Part shown: positions 23,488 through 37,113 of the stretch, in pieces
Position numbering within the stretch: the stretch's first letter is position 1
How the letters are laid out: the number at the start of each line of letters is the position of its first letter
Program-made: the position numbers and the translations under genes
Origin: Eledone cirrhosa
Lineage: Eukaryota
DNA: 64,000 nucleotides
Direction: 5' to 3'
Assembly: GCA_964016885.1 (NCBI GenBank)
Contig: OZ024743.1
Span: forward strand, 118,172,001 to 118,236,000
Notes under the pieces: model-generated
The model's input: the letters and a program-made list of their open reading frames with translations, nothing else
What the model was told of the DNA's origin: nothing
Database searches by the model: none

Positions 23488-23760
23488 GCTGGTGAATTCG
23501 AGAAGGAGAGGGGTGCCCTTCCCGGGTGCCCTAGGAGCGTCGGGTGGCTCAGGACTGGTGGGGTGCTTGAGTCAACCCTGGGTGGTGATCCCTCTTATTG
23601 GGGAACTTTCATTGTTGTATTTTTATTGTTATTTTGTTTTTGTTTTTTTGTTATTTATACTTACTCGATCTCTATGTAAACCCCCACTGTCCCTGTCTAT
23701 TGTGTTGTCCCCTATATGTCGGCCCTTGTGGCCAATAAATGAAATCATTATTATTATTAT

Positions 23761-23761
<1 letters not shown>

Positions 23762-23799
<38 letters not shown>

Positions 23800-23836
23800 C
23801 ATCATCATTATCATCATCATCATCAGCAGCAGCAGC

Positions 23837-23892
<56 letters not shown>

Positions 23893-23962
23893 GGGTAGTG
23901 GTAGTAGCAGCAGCACCAGCAGCAGCAGCAGTAGTAGTAGTAGTAGTAGTAGCAGCAGCAGC
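23762..23962. repeat. Compound (AGT)n/(ATC)n/(AGC)n microsatellite, right flank of the LINE array
   Basis: Direct reading. Confidence 0.97.
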
Positions 23963-24516
23963 CGGATGGTGGAGGAGGAACAGCAGTATTATTATTAATA
24001 TCGTTAGCTGTTCCATGATCCATTTTGTATCGTAGACCACCTGTCACGAACGCGTTTCGTTGTAGTTATCAGATGAACGCATCATCTGGACAAGGTCAGT
24101 GTTATCGTGTGTATCTTTGACAAACGTATGGTTCCAGACAGAAAGGAGTGTTTTGAAAATCCTGAATGGAATGAGCCTCTCTTTTTGCTTCTATCAACCT
24201 ACTTAGAGCTAATAATAATCACAAATCTATGATTCACGTGTGAAGTACTTATTTTAAGATTGGCAATATTTTATTCACTGTTGACAGAATGGGTTTCCTT
24301 AACAAATCTAAGCATTTCTTTCGTAATGAAATCAAAATGTATTGTATTATTTCATTACCACACCATTTCCCATGCAGTAGTGTAGGCACGCATGCGCACA
24401 CAGAGACACGCACGCATTCATATAAAGTACGTAAGGAAATACATATTTTGCAGTTGTGTTGAGAATCGTTTTTTCATGCAAAACATTTCGGAAGATACAC
24501 AAAAAAACACACGTAT

Positions 24517-24742
<226 letters not shown>

Positions 24743-25039
24743 TCTGTTTCGTCTATCTTCTTGATCTTGCTAATGAGACTGGAGTCATCTTAGGTCAGTG
24801 ATCCAGAGGCATCATCATGCCTAGAGCGGACCAGGTCCACTAGTACTCCCCATCGCTGTATCCTCCAAGGTGACATCGAGCCTCTGGAAATCCTCCATGA
24901 TGAATATCCAGCCATCTGGTGCGGCGTCTGTCGCGAGACCTCTTCCAGCCTGTAGTTGCTGCTTCGAACGAGAGTAAGGCCTTACCTTCGGGAACTACAA
25001 TATTACACACCTGAAGTAGGCGGAGGACACCACCCTATT

Positions 25040-25442
25040 CAGCAACTCGATTGGTGAGAGACGCACTGACCATATGCCGAGAGGAATCTGTAAAGCTTGG
25101 CCTTCGTGTAAGCTGGGCGAAAACCAACCTCATGCATATCGGCGATGGCCCGGATCTTTCCCCACTTCAAATTGGTCCCGACATCCTGGAGTTTGTCAGC
25201 ACCTTCATTTACCTGGGCTCAATAGTCACCAACAATAAAACCTGATCTCGGAGATCAACCACAGATGTGGTCTTGCCGCCGGGGTCATTCACTCCAGATG
25301 GAAGCCCCTTTGGTATCACTGCTCTCTCAGCCATAAGACGAAGCTCTGTATCTACAACGGGTTGGTCCTCTCTGCTCTCCTTTATGAAGCAGAAACGTGG
25401 CCTCTAATAGGACCTTGGCTAAGAGGATCGATGTCCTCGACA
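25040..25442 (+). mobile_element. Decayed RTE-like LINE reverse transcriptase fragment
   Basis: LGLRVSWAKTNLM...FIYLGSIV fits the late RT/thumb region of RTE-type LINEs; stops follow. Confidence 0.7.
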
Positions 25443-27101
25443 AAACACACACGCGAGCGCATACATACACACACACATATATTGAATGTAAAACGAGAGC
25501 ACCTGGCTGCATATCGAGCTTTTTAATCACACTCTCCCATCTTTATTTAGAATATGATTTTAAAAAAATAAAAGCTCAAGGCTTTTACGAATTTTTCTCA
25601 AATATTCTTCGCTTAATGCGTATATATGGAAAATTAAAATTGATTTGCTTAAGGCAGAGAAACACGGTTTTGGGGAGTCACATATTTCTCATAAGAAATC
25701 TTTGAACAACTTTGCAGATGTTTTGGAAATCTAATATCTTAGAGTATTGAAGACAAATAGAGAGGTAAGATCGATAAACTCTACTATGTAGTAACATGTT
25801 CCTCACAAACGGTATTTGAAAAATTTGGGAAAATAGAGCTTGATAGATTTGTAAAAGCCTGTTGTCTCCTTTGAGTTTAAATTTCATTTTAGTTGGAAAA
25901 ACAGTATTGTAGATTGATTAAAAATATTTTCTAGTATACGGATACAACCATATTTCTATGTGTGTTTGCTGCATCTTTCTATTATATTGATCTCAAAAGG
26001 ATGAATAATGAAATTCGGTTTATTGATTACAAATTTATAAAAGCTAATTTAATGCAAATAGATTGAAAGTCAACATTCTGTGATACATGTTTAATTCATT
26101 AGTTATAATTTCTTTCTATTCACCAACACTACTCTTAGAAAATAAAATAAGACAAAAATAGAAATGTTGTCTTTGGTAAAAAGACAAATCAGAACATTTG
26201 AAACTTAGATAAGTTCAGGCATATACACGTATGCACCACCCATCCGTTTCGGCACCTGCTGTGGATCAAAATACAGCAGGTCTAAATAAAATAACCTTTA
26301 AAAATCTAGGCGAACACACATTATGTTAGATCATATATACAAGAACACATTCAATGATAATTTATTACCTAAATATAAAGTCAAACCTTCGCAAAATATA
26401 ATCATTGCGAAAACTGAAATTAGAGAAAAATAATACCTCACATCTGGTCTACACATGATTTGTTTCAGTTATAACGACCCTTAGGATTATTCCCTGTATA
26501 CCTATTGAAACAAATCCAATATGGTCGTATTGTAATTTACATTAAACCGGGATTAACTTTATTAGAATTAAGTGCAATAAAAGATTCCCGAAATATTTTT
26601 ATAGCATACAAGTTTTTTCGGTTTCACAGGCGTCGATGTTACTATCGAATGTCAAAGAAATATACTTGTCGAGTAATATTGTTTGACTAATACTCAAGTA
26701 ATAAAAAAAGAAAACAGTCGGCGAAATTTACTGCGAAAAAGGCGTCAATTTTATATTACAATTGTGTTAATTATATTTCTCTCCAATGGCATGTGTCTAA
26801 AACCTCATATATGACTTTTATTGGAGACGAAACGGTGGCAAATGTCTAACAAAAATTCCAACACTAAATATGAAAGCTTCAAGACGTCCAGTACCCATTT
26901 ACTGACTTGATCAAGATGAAGATTTCAAATCACATTATAATATGGTAGCGTATGATTTAAGTAAAATGTGGCAACAACATTGAATCTGCCTCGTAGGCTC
27001 AGGTTAGCTGCTGTTACTGCTGCAGTTACTACTACTACAACTACTGCTACTACTAGTACTACTACTAGTAGTAGTAGTAGTCTAGAGTAGTTCAATTATG
27101 A

Positions 27102-27315
27102 TTTCTAGTATAAGAACAAGGCCAGTAATTTGGTGGGAGGGGAAAGTCGATTAAATCGTCACCAGTGCATGACTGATACTTTATTTTATCGACCCCGAAA
27201 TGATGAAAGGCAAAGTTAACCTCGGCAGGATTTGAACCCGGACCGTAAAGGGACGTAACTCTATGCTGCAAAGCATGGTGTCCAACTCTCTACCGATACT
27301 GCCAATCCACCGCAC
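27102..27315 (-). mobile_element. tRNA-derived SINE with a perfect 21-bp TSD
   Basis: Reverse complement of the 327-511 family. TCTAGAGTAGTTCAATTATGA at 27081-27101 and 27316-27336. Confidence 0.92.
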
Positions 27316-27774
27316 TCTAGAGTAGTTCAATTATGAAAGACGTTTTAGCCGTGATAACCGTGTTACTTTTTTAAGAGACAATACACCCACCATTAAGTTA
27401 CACCATGGTTTCTTTCTCTTTTCAAGAGAGTCGGGTGATAATTTAGGGGGAATTGATTGCTATTTCTAGCAGCTCGAGGCGAAAAAGTTTCGAATAACAC
27501 TTCAGCCTAACGTAATAATGGAAAAATGGAAAAAGAAAAAAAAAAATTATATTCATATTTACTATCACTAATTTTGTTAATTCTGCATTACTTTCAATTA
27601 TTTACATTATAGGGAACGTTATTCATTGAGAGAAAGGGTAAGGGTTAGGGTTAGCGCCATACATTTTTTTGAAAATGCTTTTATGGAAATGCACTCTTTT
27701 AGTATTTCCTTTGTTTTGGCGATGTTGATATAATTGCCATTGGTGATATTTTATTTTATTATTACACCCATTTT

Positions 27775-28633
27775 GACTGGCATCTGGAATGTTGCCAGGA
27801 ATTCACTGTCCTCTACCAGGCTGGCAATGCGGTCAATGGAACTTCCACTCTCGAGTTCAATAGAGGTTCCGTGGTGGGCAAGTACGATGACGCACACGGA
27901 GAGGCTCTGGGCGTCGACAAAGTCGAACTGACCAGTCTATTCCAGAGGACTTTCGAGCGGGAGACGAAGGATAACTTCCAAAAATCCCTCGCTTGGCGGT
28001 GTTACCGGGGGACACTGCCGGTTCGAGATAAACTCTACAGGGACGGAAGTGCTGTCAGATCGAACAGCTGTTGTTGCTTGTAGAACGGATGCGGCTATCA
28101 GCTAAGTCCATAGTAAAGATCGACCCGCCACCTTCTTTTGGCCAGGAAGTGCAGGTAATTTTTTATGTCTGGTGTCAGTAGCGAAAGAGGTTGTGTGGTA
28201 GACCAAGTTGAAAGGACTGAAGACAGACAGTTTCCTCTTCGGCCAAGTCCTCGTCAACTTTTTCAAGTTTCACTTGGAAAGGAAGGTGAGGGTGGAGAGC
28301 GAAGTGTTGCCCCCAGTACACTTGCTAAAAGGTTGGTGAATGTCGCGAGAATGGCCCGTGTGAGTGGGCCTACTCTGATCATGCGCCTGTAGACTAGTGA
28401 ATTTGAGGAGGAGAGGAGTGCCCTTGAATCGTCGGGTGGTTCAGGATTGGTGGGGTACCTGAGTCACCTCTGGGTGGTTATCCCTCATATTGGGGAATTT
28501 TCATTGTTGTATTTTTCTCGCTTATTGTTATTGTTTTCCTATTTTTTACTCGATTTTTGTGTAAAACCCCCACTGTCACCTTCTATTGTATTATCCCCTA
28601 TATGTCGGCCTGTGTGGCCTAGAAATGAAACTG
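27775..28633 (+). mobile_element. Old 5'-truncated L1/Tx1 subfamily-2 copy with a 16-bp TSD
   Basis: Homologous to 16924-17891 with an internal deletion. TSD TTATYACACCCATTTT at 27759-27774 and 28634-28649. Confidence 0.9.
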
Positions 28634-29232
28634 TTATCACACCCATTTTAATTTACCTTATTTAGAGAACTGTTGTTACTGTGGTAGTCTTCTTGTTAAT
28701 GTGGTAATCTAAACTATAATAAAGTAAGACGCGCGGGACTGCGTACGGTTTATAATTTTTTTATCCCCTTAGTAAAATAAGTTGGATTACTTTGAATAAA
28801 TAATGAAAGAATATTACATAATTTATCTAGTAAATTTCGTGGCTGTTCATTAAATATATTTTATTACTTATTTAAAGATTCACTTCTTTAAAATTTTCAA
28901 ATGTCAACACTTCTGGTTAGTGATTGTTTAAATAAACATTCATATATTTCTGTCATAATTTTCTCCTAATGCAGTTTATATATATAATATCGTCTTTTTT
29001 TAAATATATCATGGATTACGTTACTGATTACATAAGACAGTGTAACACAATCTTGGTTCAATTTCTGTGTATATTGTCAATTACGATTTTATTTGATCAT
29101 ATCCACATGCATACATAATTGCGTATAATATCAATATACACACTAACTATTGGAGCGCTTGCCAGCATATCTACGATTTTACGTTTCTTTTCCATTTTTC
29201 TACCCACCGAAATACGATTCTCGCTGAATTTA

Positions 29233-29307
<75 letters not shown>

Positions 29308-29479
29308 CTAGGCACTTCGTTATCCAAGAATGAGGGACCATATCGAATGCTTTCTTGTAATCTGTCCATCACATGCAAGACCAGTATGCGTCCTCTTACA
29401 GGTCCTTATTATCATCTTGTCAATAAGTAACCCTGTCTTTTGTACCACAGCGCTTCTTTCGGCATCCTTTGATTTGAAC

Positions 29480-29631
29480 TTTACATTTTGAGTTCAAATC
29501 CTGCCGAGGTTAGCTTTGCTTTCATCCTTACGGGGTCAATAAATAAAGCACTGGGTTCAATTTAATCGACTTTCCACATTCTCAAAATTACTGGCCTTGT
29601 GCCTATACTAGAAATCATTATTATTATTATT
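29480..29631 (+). mobile_element. 5'-truncated SINE with (ATT)n tail
   Basis: B-box, core, and 3' end GGCCTTGTGCCTATACTAGAAATC(ATT)n. Confidence 0.88.
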
Positions 29632-29963
29632 ACAGAGATTATTTGCTAGTCGCGCTATGAAACGTAAATAAATACCTGATGCTATTTCGCAGCTTTTGTC
29701 AACCAAATTTTGCTTACAATGCTTTAGTCAGTCGTATTCTATATGGTAAGATACAATTGTCCAAATTGCGGCAATATAGAATCGAACGCGAAAACACGTT
29801 GTTACGAAGCGATGTACCCGTATGTTTGTCACCCGTGTTATTGTAGTCATTGACGACTTAGTTGTTGTTCTTTTTGACATTGCAGTTACTGTGCTATAGC
29901 TGTTGCTACGATTAATAAAATGGTATTGCCACCATTTGGGTAGATCTGTTGTTTTTGCTGCTG

Positions 29964-30156
29964 TTCAACCCCAGATAATTTCTAATCTGTCATACGTATA
30001 ACTGATCACAAGCAGAGGAAAATAAGACCGTATATTCATTAAAGATGCCAATATATTATTTGAAAGATATTGGCATCTTTAATGAATATAAGGTCATATT
30101 CTCTCTGCATTTGATTAGTTATTTGTCTGCCAGATTAGTAATTATCTGGGATTGAA
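29964..30156. repeat. Imperfect palindrome with ~90-bp arms abutting a SINE 5' end
   Basis: Arms 29964-30054 and 30067-30156, for example TATATTCATTAAAGATGCCAATAT / ATATTGGCATCTTTAATGAATATA. Confidence 0.9.
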
Positions 30157-30158
30157 AA

Positions 30159-30345
30159 GGGAGTGGATTGGCAGTATCGGTAGAGGGTCGGACGCCATGC
30201 TTTGCAGTATAGAATTACTGCGCCTTATGTTCTGAGTTCAAATCCCACCGAGGTTAACTTTGCCTTTCATCCTTACAGGGTCGATAAAATAAAGTACCAG
30301 TAATGCACTGGGATAATTGCTGGTCTTGTGGCAAATGTAGAAACA
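30159..30345 (+). mobile_element. tRNA-derived SINE
   Basis: Full-length match to 327-511. Confidence 0.9.
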
Positions 30346-31224
30346 ATTATTTGAAAGATATTTGGTTGCTATTTCTAGCTGGTTGAGGGGCCATTGAGAG
30401 ATTTAATCTATTGGTATAACAACTATAATTGGTTGTTATTAATATTGTTTTGCTGACTGTCATTATTGTTCTACAGCAGATGATGGTGATGGCTATAAAG
30501 GATTTGTTGTGTTGCTGTTGTTTATATTGTTGTTTGTGCTGTCGTTGATATTGCGTTGTTTGTAATGTTTGATAATGCTGCTGCTATTTTTATTGTTCGT
30601 TGTTGTTTTTGGTTTTATTTTCTGTATTTTTCATTTATTGTTAGGGCTATTGTTTTTGTTGTTTTCGTTTTAGTTGTTATTTGATTCTAGTTTTGTTGTT
30701 TTTATTGTTGTTTAACTGCTGCTAGCATTGTTGTTGTTGGCCATGTTTATTATTAGTTTGTTTGTTTTTATTCTTTTGTTCTTTTATCTATCTATATATA
30801 TTTGTTGTTGTTCTTTTTGTTGTTGATCATGATGACATTGTTGTTACAAGATATTGTAATGTCATTTTATCATATTGTATTATATTGTATTGTATTGTAC
30901 TTTATATAATTTCCATAAACAATTGGTCCCATCGAGAAATGAACTATATATGCCTTGCTCCACCTGGTGCATTTTGTTAGCCAATGTAGGCACAGATGGG
31001 AGTTTCACGCTTTTCTAGGCAACCAAGTGATTCTCTTTAAGCACTTTTTCCTCTATATTGCGCTAGAGACAGACTAGCCTTTTCAGGGCCATCTTAGCCG
31101 CTCAAAATGTTAAACAAACAAAATGTATAAAAACAAATAATGGAAGAAAAATAATAGATAAACAATAAACAAAGAAATAAAAAAAATATGTTGAGTGTTA
31201 AGCAGGAAAATGGAGAAAATGCAA

Positions 31225-32520
31225 TTTGGTGGTGGTCGTGGTGGTTATGGTTGTGGTGGCGAGTTGGTGTTGATGTTATTGTTTTTTTTTTGTTGTTGGT
31301 GTCAGTGGTGGTAAAGTTAATGCTGTTGGTAATGATGATGCTGTAGGCATTGGCGCTTTTGTTGTTGTTATTGTTGATGGTGGTGGCGTTATTGTTGGAT
31401 TGCTGATAGTGGCAGTGGCGGTGGCGGTGGTCGTTGTGATGGTAGAGGTGGTAGTGACTTAGGAATTAAAACGGTTTTGCTTGAGGTGTTGGTGGAAGTG
31501 GGAGCGTTATTGCTTTCGGTGGTGGTGGTGGTGTTGGTGATGGTGGTTGTAATGGTGGTTGTGGTGGTGGTAGTGGTGGCAGAGGTGGTGGCGGCGGTGG
31601 CGGTGATGGTGGCGGTGGTGGTGCTGTTAGTGTAAGAAGCGATATTGTTTTGAGTATTATTGTTGTAATTGTTGTTCTTGCTGATGGTTTCGTTACTTGT
31701 GGTTGTGGTGGCATTGGCGGTTATGATGCTGGTTGTGTTGTTACCAGTGGTGGCGTTAGTGGTGTTAGTGACACTGGTGGGGTTGGAAGTGACGGGAATG
31801 TTATTGATATCGTTTTTGTTGTTGTTGTTGGTGGTGATGTGGGGGGGGGGGCATTGTGGAAGGTGGGGATGATATGGGGGTCGGTTTATCATGATAGTGA
31901 TTGTGGTGTTCGTTGAAGCGGAGATATAGGAAGCAGTAGCAGCTTCTGTTGAACTGATGTTGGTAATGAAGGCGGCAGTGTCTTATGATTGGGAGGTGGT
32001 GTTTTGATAGCGATGGTGCCTATGTTGTTGCTATGGTTGTCGGTTGTGGTGGTGTTAGTGTCCATAGTGTTGTCATTGATGTTAGTTGTAGTGATAGTGG
32101 TAATGAAGATAGTATTGCTTTTTAGCGGTATTCTTATACGTGCTGATGATGTTAGTGAAGGTGGTAGCAAAGGTGGTGGTGAATTTGTGGTTGGATGCAG
32201 TACTGCTGGTAGTGTTATTTATGATAAGACTACTGGGGTGATGTTGGTGGTAGTGCAGGAGCCCTGTGATATTGATGATTGTGCAGATGGTGGTGATGAA
32301 GATGAGGAGGTATTGCCGGTTATATTGCAGTTGATAGAGAGTGGGATTGATGGTGGTGGTGATAGTGATTATAGTGATGACGAAGATGATGCCGACAACA
32401 GATTTCATAGTAGTTAGTGGTGGGTGATGATCTTGATAAAGTAGATGATTGTAGAGCCGCATTCTACTTTGGGTGTCGACGCTAGAAGTAACGATGGTGG
32501 TAGTGGTGAGAAAGGCGAGC
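31225..32520. repeat. GGT/GTT/GAT-rich low-complexity tract
   Basis: Degenerate triplet repeats that give Thr/Val-rich pseudo-ORFs. Confidence 0.85.
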
Positions 32521-32708
32521 AAAGAAGTCTCTAATAATGACCGGATAGCCAGAGGGTGTAGGTCAATGGATCACTTTAGTTAATAAGATCTATTTTAATT
32601 TGGTTTGGTTTAGACCGCACATTATCTAATTCTGATTGGAGTAAAGGACATAGAGAAAACAACATAAACACATACACACGCACTGATATATATATACCTC
32701 TACTCTTT

Positions 32709-32755
<47 letters not shown>

Positions 32756-32825
32756 ACTCTCAAGAGCGTGAAACTAATAAACCTTTGTTCGTACTGCCTC
32801 TCTGTTTTGTTTCCGTTCAATTTTT

Positions 32826-32902
<77 letters not shown>

Positions 32903-33099
32903 CGTGTGTGTGTGTGTGTAAAAGCAGTTGAGTTACGTAGTATTGAGATTGTTTCGAAGTTGTAATGTGTGCGTCCCAACTCATATGACCATAAAAGTAA
33001 TGATCGATCACTACAAATAATAGTTTAGAGAATATGCTGAAGTAACTCTGGAGAGAAAAAATATCGGAATCAAATCCTACATCTCATCCATAATTTCCT

Positions 33100-34280
33100 C
33101 TGGCTTTGTCTCATCTCAATTCCTCTTATATTTATAGTCCCTGGATGATTTGCTATAGAATGATTCATACCATTATGAATTAGTACTACCTGTCTTGTGC
33201 TAAGCGAACATTATACGTGGTATAATTATCTCCTATGGTACAAATACCTCCGACGAAACACGTGGCATGGATTAACAAAACTATCCATTTCTCTTTTCAG
33301 CAAACCCCGGGCAATGTAATTTCGAGCATAAAGGCGGTATTGTATGATATTGAGCCCTGGTTGCTTGACAGCTTTGAACATGTCACAGGAAAGATACGTT
33401 GAATAATGTATTTCTCGATTCCCTATGTACAGGGAAAAGACAGGATGATCAAAGTTGGCATACTGTTTATCATAGGTCCCTTGGATTAGGTTTGATCTGA
33501 CGCTAGAAATCGACAACTTATCTCAAATTATTGATGATAAATCATATAGTGCAATTGTTGATACAAAATAGTCGAGAAAATGACGGGTGGAGGGTGTGTC
33601 AAGTTTGGGGAGGTCTAGAACACATGGCGGACTCAAAATTGAACCATCAATAAGAATTTCAGGCTAAACAGGTATAAGAGTTTCTTTTCCACTAATCCCT
33701 CATCTGTAAGTTGGATGAATTTGAGATATTGTGAGAATCATGCATTTCCCAAGTCTTCATTAATTTTACAGTTACGGCAGTCTTTACTGAAAGTTCTTTA
33801 CCACATACCACTAATATTCAATGTCTTGACAAGAAAATAAGATGATATAATTTTATTGACTGTGAAAGTATTTAGAAGCTAGTTAGATGAGTGGTTTAGG
33901 ATGAGTGTTAACCCATGACCATTGTATATTTTTTCTGAATACCGAATTTGATGTTTAGCTTAAACATTTGTAGATCAATGTTATCAATATTTCCCGAAAG
34001 TGCATTTTGTTTCATTGTAACTGTTACAGATTTTATTGACTATTTTGTAAATAAGTTAAAGAGAAGTAAACTCTGATATGCTTCTAATTCTCACCAGTAA
34101 AACAATGCAAGGCATGTTAATATGCTCTGTATAAATTGACCAACAACATTCAAACTAAGCTAATTTGTCATGCACGTAGCATCCCTGAGAACATTTTCAC
34201 CGTTGTTGTTTTAAATTAATTAATCAAAGAATAGTTTTCACACAAAATCCAACTAGTCATTCTATGATCTAATAAGTTTC
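33100..34280 (-). mobile_element. Possible highly decayed Penelope-like RT remnant
   Basis: Weak minus-strand resemblance to the Penelope GLPKxHK...RPI region near 33560-33625. No intact motifs; boundaries approximate. Confidence 0.3.
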
Positions 34281-34299
34281 TCCCCGAGTAGATCTAATA

Positions 34300-34512
34300 A
34301 TTGTTTTTATTTTAGATTCAAGGCCAGCATTTTAAAGGGGTGGGGAAAGTCGATTGAATCGACCCCAGTGCTTACTGGGACTTTATTATATCGGCCCCGT
34401 AAGGATGAAAGACAAAGTTAACCCCAGCGGGATTTGAAATCCGCAAGTAATAGGCCATAACTCTATGCCACGTAACATGGTGTCCGACGCTCTACCAATT
34501 CTGAAAATCCAC
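34300..34512 (-). mobile_element. tRNA-derived SINE, first of a tandem pair
   Basis: Reverse-complement match to the family. CCGAGTAGATSTAATAATTGTTT is duplicated at ~34284 and ~34512. Confidence 0.85.
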
Positions 34513-34524
34513 CGAGTAGATGTA

Positions 34525-34711
34525 ATAATTGTTTCTACTTTTGGCACAAGGCTAGCAATTATCCCAGTGTATTACTGGTACTTTATTTTATCGACCTCGT
34601 AAGGGTGAAAGGCAAAGTTAACCTCGGCGGGATTTGAACTCAGACCATAAAGGGCCATAACTCTTTGCTGCAAAGCATGGCGTCTGACCCTATACCGATA
34701 CTGCCAATCCG
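34525..34711 (-). mobile_element. tRNA-derived SINE, second of the tandem pair
   Basis: Reverse-complement match to 327-511. Confidence 0.9.
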
Positions 34712-35258
34712 TAATAATATTAAAACGTGAGTGAATAATACAAAACATGTAAGATATTTATCAAAGCGCAATCATTTATGAAATTTATATCTTCCTTTAA
34801 TTTTTAATCAATAAAGATTTCTAAATTCTTCCTATTTTTTCATTCAAAATAAATATCATTGACCTTAATGTTGATTCTGCTCAATACGGGTGTAATTTCT
34901 ATTGATGAAAAATTATTTTCGGCTCGTAACATAACAAATACTTAACTATATGTTGTTCATGAAGAATGCATTCTCAGACAGGAAACAGAAAGGGGGAATG
35001 TAACCTTCATACTATTCAATTTCTAAGGAGCATTAATGACTTAAAGACAAATGTTTCAAATAGGAATCAAAACCAAGATGCAGTCTCGGTTCGTTGATAC
35101 TTTTGAACGACATCATGGCGCCAGTAACAACAATGACTGTATTGTTGACTTTTGAAACTGTAATAACAACAGCCAACCTCACCCCACTTGACTTTTCTCT
35201 TAATCCTTATCGCCCTTGGCTGTCATGCCTATATATATTTACATGAATATATATATAT

Positions 35259-35323
<65 letters not shown>

Positions 35324-35391
35324 ATGTGTAGGCAAGTGTATATAACTTATATTTGTATATAAATAGAGAAATATATATATATGCATATATA

Positions 35392-35437
<46 letters not shown>

Positions 35438-35473
35438 ATATATATTTATACATACATATATACACACACACAT

Positions 35474-35560
<87 letters not shown>

Positions 35561-36089
35561 TTTGTATGTGTGTGTATCATCATTTCAACCTCTACGATCA
35601 GCATCACCATCATTAACAAAGAGGACAGTTTTTCATAAAATATGACACGCCGTATCAATAGTTGAGAAACAGAGAACACGAGGTTCCACCTCTATGAATA
35701 CGTACAACCAACAAATTGCCTTACCCACCACCAACAGCAACAGCACTATTATTAAAGCAATATTGATAGCAATAGTAACAAATCAAATAACAAAATAATA
35801 ACAATATTAAATCAAAAAAGAAAGAAACAAACAAACAATACATACACGTACGCAAATCTGTGTGATTGACATTTACTTTCGCTATGAGAAATGCATAATA
35901 TTTCTCTCCCTAAAGGTTTTCCTGTTTTCATATCAGAAAAATAACAGTGCCGCGTATATGCGAATGAGCACTTTGATTTGTCCTTATAACTAAAAGATAC
36001 CACGCCATTTATGGACGCGTTACATATACACACATACATACAACATGCATGCAAACGTACACAAAAGCATATGTATATAGATGTGTTTT

Positions 36090-36188
<99 letters not shown>

Positions 36189-36274
36189 TATATATATATA
36201 TATATGCATATAAACATATATATGTACACGAGTATCTGCTAACACTCGCACACATCAACTACATACACATCCCA

Positions 36275-37085
36275 GGGCTGTCGCTTGAGGGTGCATTTGA
36301 GATTGTTTCTCTTGCTAGTACCTCTGTGATCGCTTGGCACCCAGTGCCGCGGCTGTGAGGCCGTCGGTGTTGAATATTTCCAAAATTCCCTGCAGCCCCC
36401 TCACCTCCCAACTCTATCCACTTCTACGTACTTAGGGACTTCTTACTTCGTTATTCAGCTGGTGTGGTATTACACAGAACTAAGGGATTTCTTTTACGGC
36501 CGTACAACGAAATGAAATATACAAGGCAACGTAACCACCCTCTTTTCAATACAACCTCTCGGAACTTCTTTTACATCTATGTGTATGGGTGTATACGCAA
36601 AATTTCGTATACATATTTATATAACTCCCAACGTCAGCCTGTTCAAGCGCGCGTGCTCTCACACAGCGACCTCTCGCAGAAGCCAGCCCCGTCGTAGTCT
36701 AATGCCCATCCTTCCAACCTTTGTGCAAACAAACACACCTACACATACACGCTGATACGCACACAAACGCACACGCATGTTCACTTAAAATATACTGCGA
36801 TTGCAACCCTTTATAAACCTCTCTAATACCCAAGATACCCACTGACCAGCATTTGTCCTAAATGGCTGACTGAATACACACGTGTTTTTTTCAAAAAAAA
36901 ATATTTTCTGTTCCTTTCTTTTCTCATTCTCTATCTTTCTATTTTCTCTTTTATTTCTCATTCAATCTACTGATGAAGGACTAATATCCCAAACCTTAAG
37001 ACACTGTTCCTAATATATGAACCGTAAAACTAATACATTTCTTCATTGCAAGGTCATTTGTTTTGTTATCTTTGTTTATTATTTT
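36275..37085 (+). mobile_element. Possible Penelope-type 3'/pseudo-LTR remnant
   Basis: Bounded by TA/CA microsatellites. Degenerate hammerhead-like CTGATGAAGG-ACTAATAT-CCCAAAC at 36970. Confidence 0.35.
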
Positions 37086-37113
37086 ACATATATATATAGA
37101 GAGAGATATATAA

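Larger units (their letters stand above)
17913..23761 (+). mobile_element. L1/Tx1-type LINE copy D (subfamily 2), full length, near-identical to copy C
   Basis: Same 5' end GACGAAAGTGG. (ATT)n tail 23747-23761 runs into (AGT)n. Confidence 0.97.

Noticed and set aside
17913-23746. Copy D as an assembly duplicate of copy C
   Set aside because: Multiple non-homopolymer substitutions and different tail lengths distinguish them; reads are still needed to confirm.
26700-26960. Mariner-like GDET motif
   Set aside because: A single short motif with no TIRs or further DDD residues.
27636-27653. TTAGGG telomere-like repeats
   Set aside because: Only two or three imperfect units.
31389-32522. Mucin-like Thr-rich ORFs
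   Set aside because: Degenerate triplet low-complexity sequence with open frames on both strands and no splice or domain support.
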